This document shows positions 61,122 to 64,000 of a stretch of 64,000 nt of DNA, one piece after another. The first letter of the stretch is position 1, and each line of letters starts with the position of its first letter. The translations under genes were made by a program, and so were the position numbers. The notes below the pieces were generated by a model that was not told where the DNA came from, did not search any database, and worked only from the letters and a program-made list of their open reading frames with translations. The stretch spans positions 10,443 to 74,442 of the forward strand of contig QQVM01000017.1 of NCBI GenBank assembly GCA_003389385.1. The letters run 5' to 3'. The stretch comes from Bacteroidota bacterium. Lineage in GTDB: Bacteria; Bacteroidota; Bacteroidia; AKYH767-A; 2013-40CM-41-45.

Positions 61122-62819
61122 TTTTACATGCTGTTGATTTTCCGGCACGAGCGCCCTTACAATAAATGAAAACACAATTACAAGCACACATCCTATCAGA
61201 TTCAGCCAAAGGAATGCAGTAAGATCCATGAAGAAGAATATGATAACAAAAATTTCTGCGATGATTGCCGCGTAGAATACAGTGTGTCCTTTAATCTGTT
61301 TTATATAAAAAGCAACAACAAAGATTCCGAGGATAGTGCCGTAAAACAATGAACCAAGTTTATTTACTGCTTCAATAAGGCTTCCGAGTTGGTTTGCGAA
61401 CATGGCCACAAGGATCGCATAAAATCCCCAAAGCACTGTGGCCAAACGTGAGATGAAAACTTCGTTCTGAGCAGACCTGGCCTTTTTAGAAAACCTTTTT
61501 ACAATATCCACTATAGTGGTGGATGCAAGCGCGTTCAACTCAGAAGAGGTCGAGGACATGGAAGCAGAAAAAATTACAGCAATGAGGAGACCGATAAGTC
61601 CTGCGGGAAAATATTCAGTGATGAATGAAAGGAAAATATAGTTGGTGTCATTTGTTTCAGCCAGCGGATCATTCTTCTTCATCAATGTCATTGCCTCGGC
61701 GCGAATTGTCTGCATTTGATTTTCCTGTTCCTTCATAGCCTTGCCAATTTCAATCCGCGTTTTTTCATCTCCGCTTTGAATTGCATCAACAAGTCCGTTC
61801 AGGTTTTTTTGTTTTTCAAGATGCACATTTCTGAATTCCCCCTCCAGCTGTCTGAATTGGGGTGCAAGATCACTTCGGGATATTTTTTCATATTCCACTT
61901 TGTTAAAATGGACCGGTGCTTCCTGAAACTGATAGAAGACAAGGAGAAGTGCTCCGATCATGAGGATCAGAAATTGCATCGGAATTTTTATGATCGCGTT
62001 AAAAAGCAGACCGAGCCGGCTTTGTGCGACGCTTTTTCCTGTTAAATATCTTCCAACCTGACTTTGATCAGTTCCGAAATACGAGAGTGCAAGAAAGAAT
62101 CCGCCAATCAATCCGGACCAGATATTATACTGGTTCTTCATATCGAATTCGAAGTCGACAACATTAAGACGTCCGAGTGTGCCGGCTACGTTCAGGGAAT
62201 CTGTGAATGAAAGATTATCAGGAAGCAGCTTTACGATCACATAACCGGCAAGGAACATTCCAATGAAAATTACTGACATCTGCTGCATCTGTGTGATGCT
62301 TACCGCACGAGTTCCTCCGCTCACGGTATAAAGTATTACCAGTCCTCCAATCACAAGGTTTGTCCAGTAGATATTCCATCCCAGAATAGAGGAAAGAATA
62401 ATTGAGGGAGCATAAATAGTGAGTCCGCATGCAAGGCCTCTCTGAATAAGGAAAAGAAAAGCAGTAAGAGCTCTTGTTTTGAGGTCGAAGCGGTTTTCCA
62501 GAAACTCATAGGCAGTATACACTTTCAGTCTGTGAAAAATCGGAACAAATGTGATGCAAAGCACAATCATTGCAAGCGGAAGCCCGAAGTAAAATTGGAC
62601 GAAACGCATTCCGTCTGTAAAGGCTTGTCCAGGTGCAGACAGAAAAGTAATTGCACTGGCCTGCGTTGCCATTATTGATATTCCAACGGCATACCAGGGC
62701 ATTGACTTATCAGCCAGCAGATAGGAATTCATACTTTTGTTTCCCCGGCTTTTCCAGATTCCGAAGAATACGATGAATGCAAGTGTGCCGCAGAGCACGA
62801 TCCAGTCGGCGACACTCAT
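61119..62819 (-). CDS. Sodium:solute symporter family (SSF) transporter
   Basis: 13-14 TM helices and SSF-like N-terminal segments; 566 aa. Confidence 0.65.
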   Translation of the reverse strand: MSVADWIVLCGTLAFIVFFGIWKSRGNKSMNSYLLADKSMPWYAVGISIMATQASAITFLSAPGQAFTDGMRFVQFYFGLPLAMIVLCITFVPIFHRLKVYTAYEFLENRFDLKTRALTAFLFLIQRGLACGLTIYAPSIILSSILGWNIYWTNLVIGGLVILYTVSGGTRAVSITQMQQMSVIFIGMFLAGYVIVKLLPDNLSFTDSLNVAGTLGRLNVVDFEFDMKNQYNIWSGLIGGFFLALSYFGTDQSQVGRYLTGKSVAQSRLGLLFNAIIKIPMQFLILMIGALLLVFYQFQEAPVHFNKVEYEKISRSDLAPQFRQLEGEFRNVHLEKQKNLNGLVDAIQSGDEKTRIEIGKAMKEQENQMQTIRAEAMTLMKKNDPLAETNDTNYIFLSFITEYFPAGLIGLLIAVIFSASMSSTSSELNALASTTIVDIVKRFSKKARSAQNEVFISRLATVLWGFYAILVAMFANQLGSLIEAVNKLGSLFYGTILGIFVVAFYIKQIKGHTVFYAAIIAEIFVIIFFFMDLTAFLWLNLIGCVLVIVFSFIVRALVPENQQHVK

Positions 62820-62946
62820 GAGAATACGGTTTTAAAAAGCCAAAACAAAAGAATTAGGAAGGCGAGATTTAATATCACCGCAATATACATTTTCTTCCAT
62901 GTGCTGAAGAAAGGAGGTTTTTCGTCTTCCTGCATTTTCTCTGAGC

Positions 62947-64000
62947 TTAAGATTTTCCGACTGACATCAAGTTAACAAACAGACGCCAGGCGCCGGGAAC
63001 ACCTGCTGGCAATTGTCTGAAGAATGACAGGCCGGTATAGATGAAATGACCTTTTCCATGCCGTGCATAAATGAGAGATCCATCTAGTTTTGATTCATCA
63101 GGATCGTTCAACAAAAGTATATGCTGGTAAGAATCGTCGGTATCTCCGGCAAAATAAATTCCTCTTTCCTGTACCCAGGAGTGGAAGTCAATTCTTGAGA
63201 TTTTATTCGGAAAGCTCAGTAATACATGGCCAGGGTCTTTGAATTCAACCGGCGAGTTCTCATCAGTCACTCTGTTTCTGGTAATCTTGAATGGATAGGG
63301 GCCAATATCAGATTTTACGCTACTCAGGAAATTGTTTGTGTTATACTGCACTAATAATGTTCCTCCCTCATTCACGAATTCCATCAGTCGGGGGTGATAA
63401 ACCGCAATTCTTTCATTGGTATTGTAAAGTCTTACGCCGGTAATAATCACATCATACACTGAAAGATTACCAGTACTGAGGGTTTTGTCACTTAAAATGT
63501 CAACGTCGAATCCTGCCTGTTCAAGAGCCTGAGGTATCTCGTCTCCAGCGCCGACAATATAACCGACTTTAAGCGGTACAGTTTTCAGATCCACTCGAAC
63601 TGCGGATGTTACGGATCTCGTTACAATGGTTTGAACAGGAATATGATCATAGTTAATTCTCCGTACGCTGTGAATGTATTTTTTATCTTTTAACACAAAC
63701 TCCGGAATGATGATACCAGAATCAATTTCCCTGTCAGGGCTCACTTCAAAGATTAGACGCAGTTCATCATCTTTCTTTGACAAATTCACATTTGCATATG
63801 GTGGATTAGCGTTCCATTTCTCCGGGAGCTTGAGGTGGATTCTTCCGGAAAGATCCGATTTGTTCGCCTTGAGTATCACTGTGACAGGAGCAGAGGACTG
63901 GCCGCGGAAGATGTGAGAGTTTTCAGTGAAAGTAATGGACAGAGGAGGGATCACTTCGAGAGTCCGGCTTAGTTCACCTCTGACAGGGTCAACCCATTTA
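62947..64000 (-). CDS. ThuA-like (class I glutamine-amidotransferase-like fold) protein, N-terminally truncated by the window end
   Basis: VGYIVGAGDEIPQALEQAGFDVDIL...YDVIITG resembles the ThuA/DUF4159 fold. The reading frame stays open past the GTG at 63954 to the window end. Confidence 0.35.
   Translation of the reverse strand, partial: KWVDPVRGELSRTLEVIPPLSITFTENSHIFRGQSSAPVTVILKANKSDLSGRIHLKLPEKWNANPPYANVNLSKKDDELRLIFEVSPDREIDSGIIIPEFVLKDKKYIHSVRRINYDHIPVQTIVTRSVTSAVRVDLKTVPLKVGYIVGAGDEIPQALEQAGFDVDILSDKTLSTGNLSVYDVIITGVRLYNTNERIAVYHPRLMEFVNEGGTLLVQYNTNNFLSSVKSDIGPYPFKITRNRVTDENSPVEFKDPGHVLLSFPNKISRIDFHSWVQERGIYFAGDTDDSYQHILLLNDPDESKLDGSLIYARHGKGHFIYTGLSFFRQLPAGVPGAWRLFVNLMSVGKS

Overview
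The window looks like a chromosomal segment from a Bacteroidota-type genome. Evidence for this is several proteins ending in T9SS C-terminal sorting domains, an archaeal/eukaryote-type ProRS, and lpxH/lpxK/Nif3 housekeeping genes. Positions 1 to about 21990 are the right-hand part of an integrated prophage that continues beyond the window start. It carries portal, Mu-F-like head morphogenesis, scaffold-like, capsid-like and lysis-cassette genes, a PAS-domain protein, and a ParB-fused DNA methyltransferase. It ends with a tyrosine integrase abutting the 3' end of a tRNA-Asp(GTC) gene. Just upstream of the portal gene the prophage carries a translationally coupled operon. Its first gene is a 766-aa multidomain glycosyltransferase, followed by two SAM-methyltransferase-like genes and a GT2-like gene. 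I propose this operon is a virion- or surface-glycan modification module. The rest of the window (22.4-64 kb) is mostly ordinary host genes: M1 peptidase, TlpA-like oxidoreductase, PNP, lpxK, Nif3 plus zinc-ribbon partner, proS, a histidine kinase / sigma-54 regulator cluster, CocE/NonD hydrolase, YceI/TerC/TetR cluster and an SSF symporter. Two accessory features stand out. The first is a 3-kb island inserted at the 3' end of tRNA-Glu(TTC) and bounded by perfect 68-bp direct repeats. It carries an orphan RHS-tip toxin cassette whose reading frame is split by a single in-frame TAA, followed by lipoprotein immunity candidates. The RHS C-terminal domain shares an H-x7-TEGC-x-L-x-G motif with the prophage endolysin candidate. 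The second is a 611-aa lipoprotein with an extreme Tyr/His/Gly-rich low-complexity region next to a FadL-like outer-membrane channel. All calls rest on motif recognition by eye; no database searches were run.
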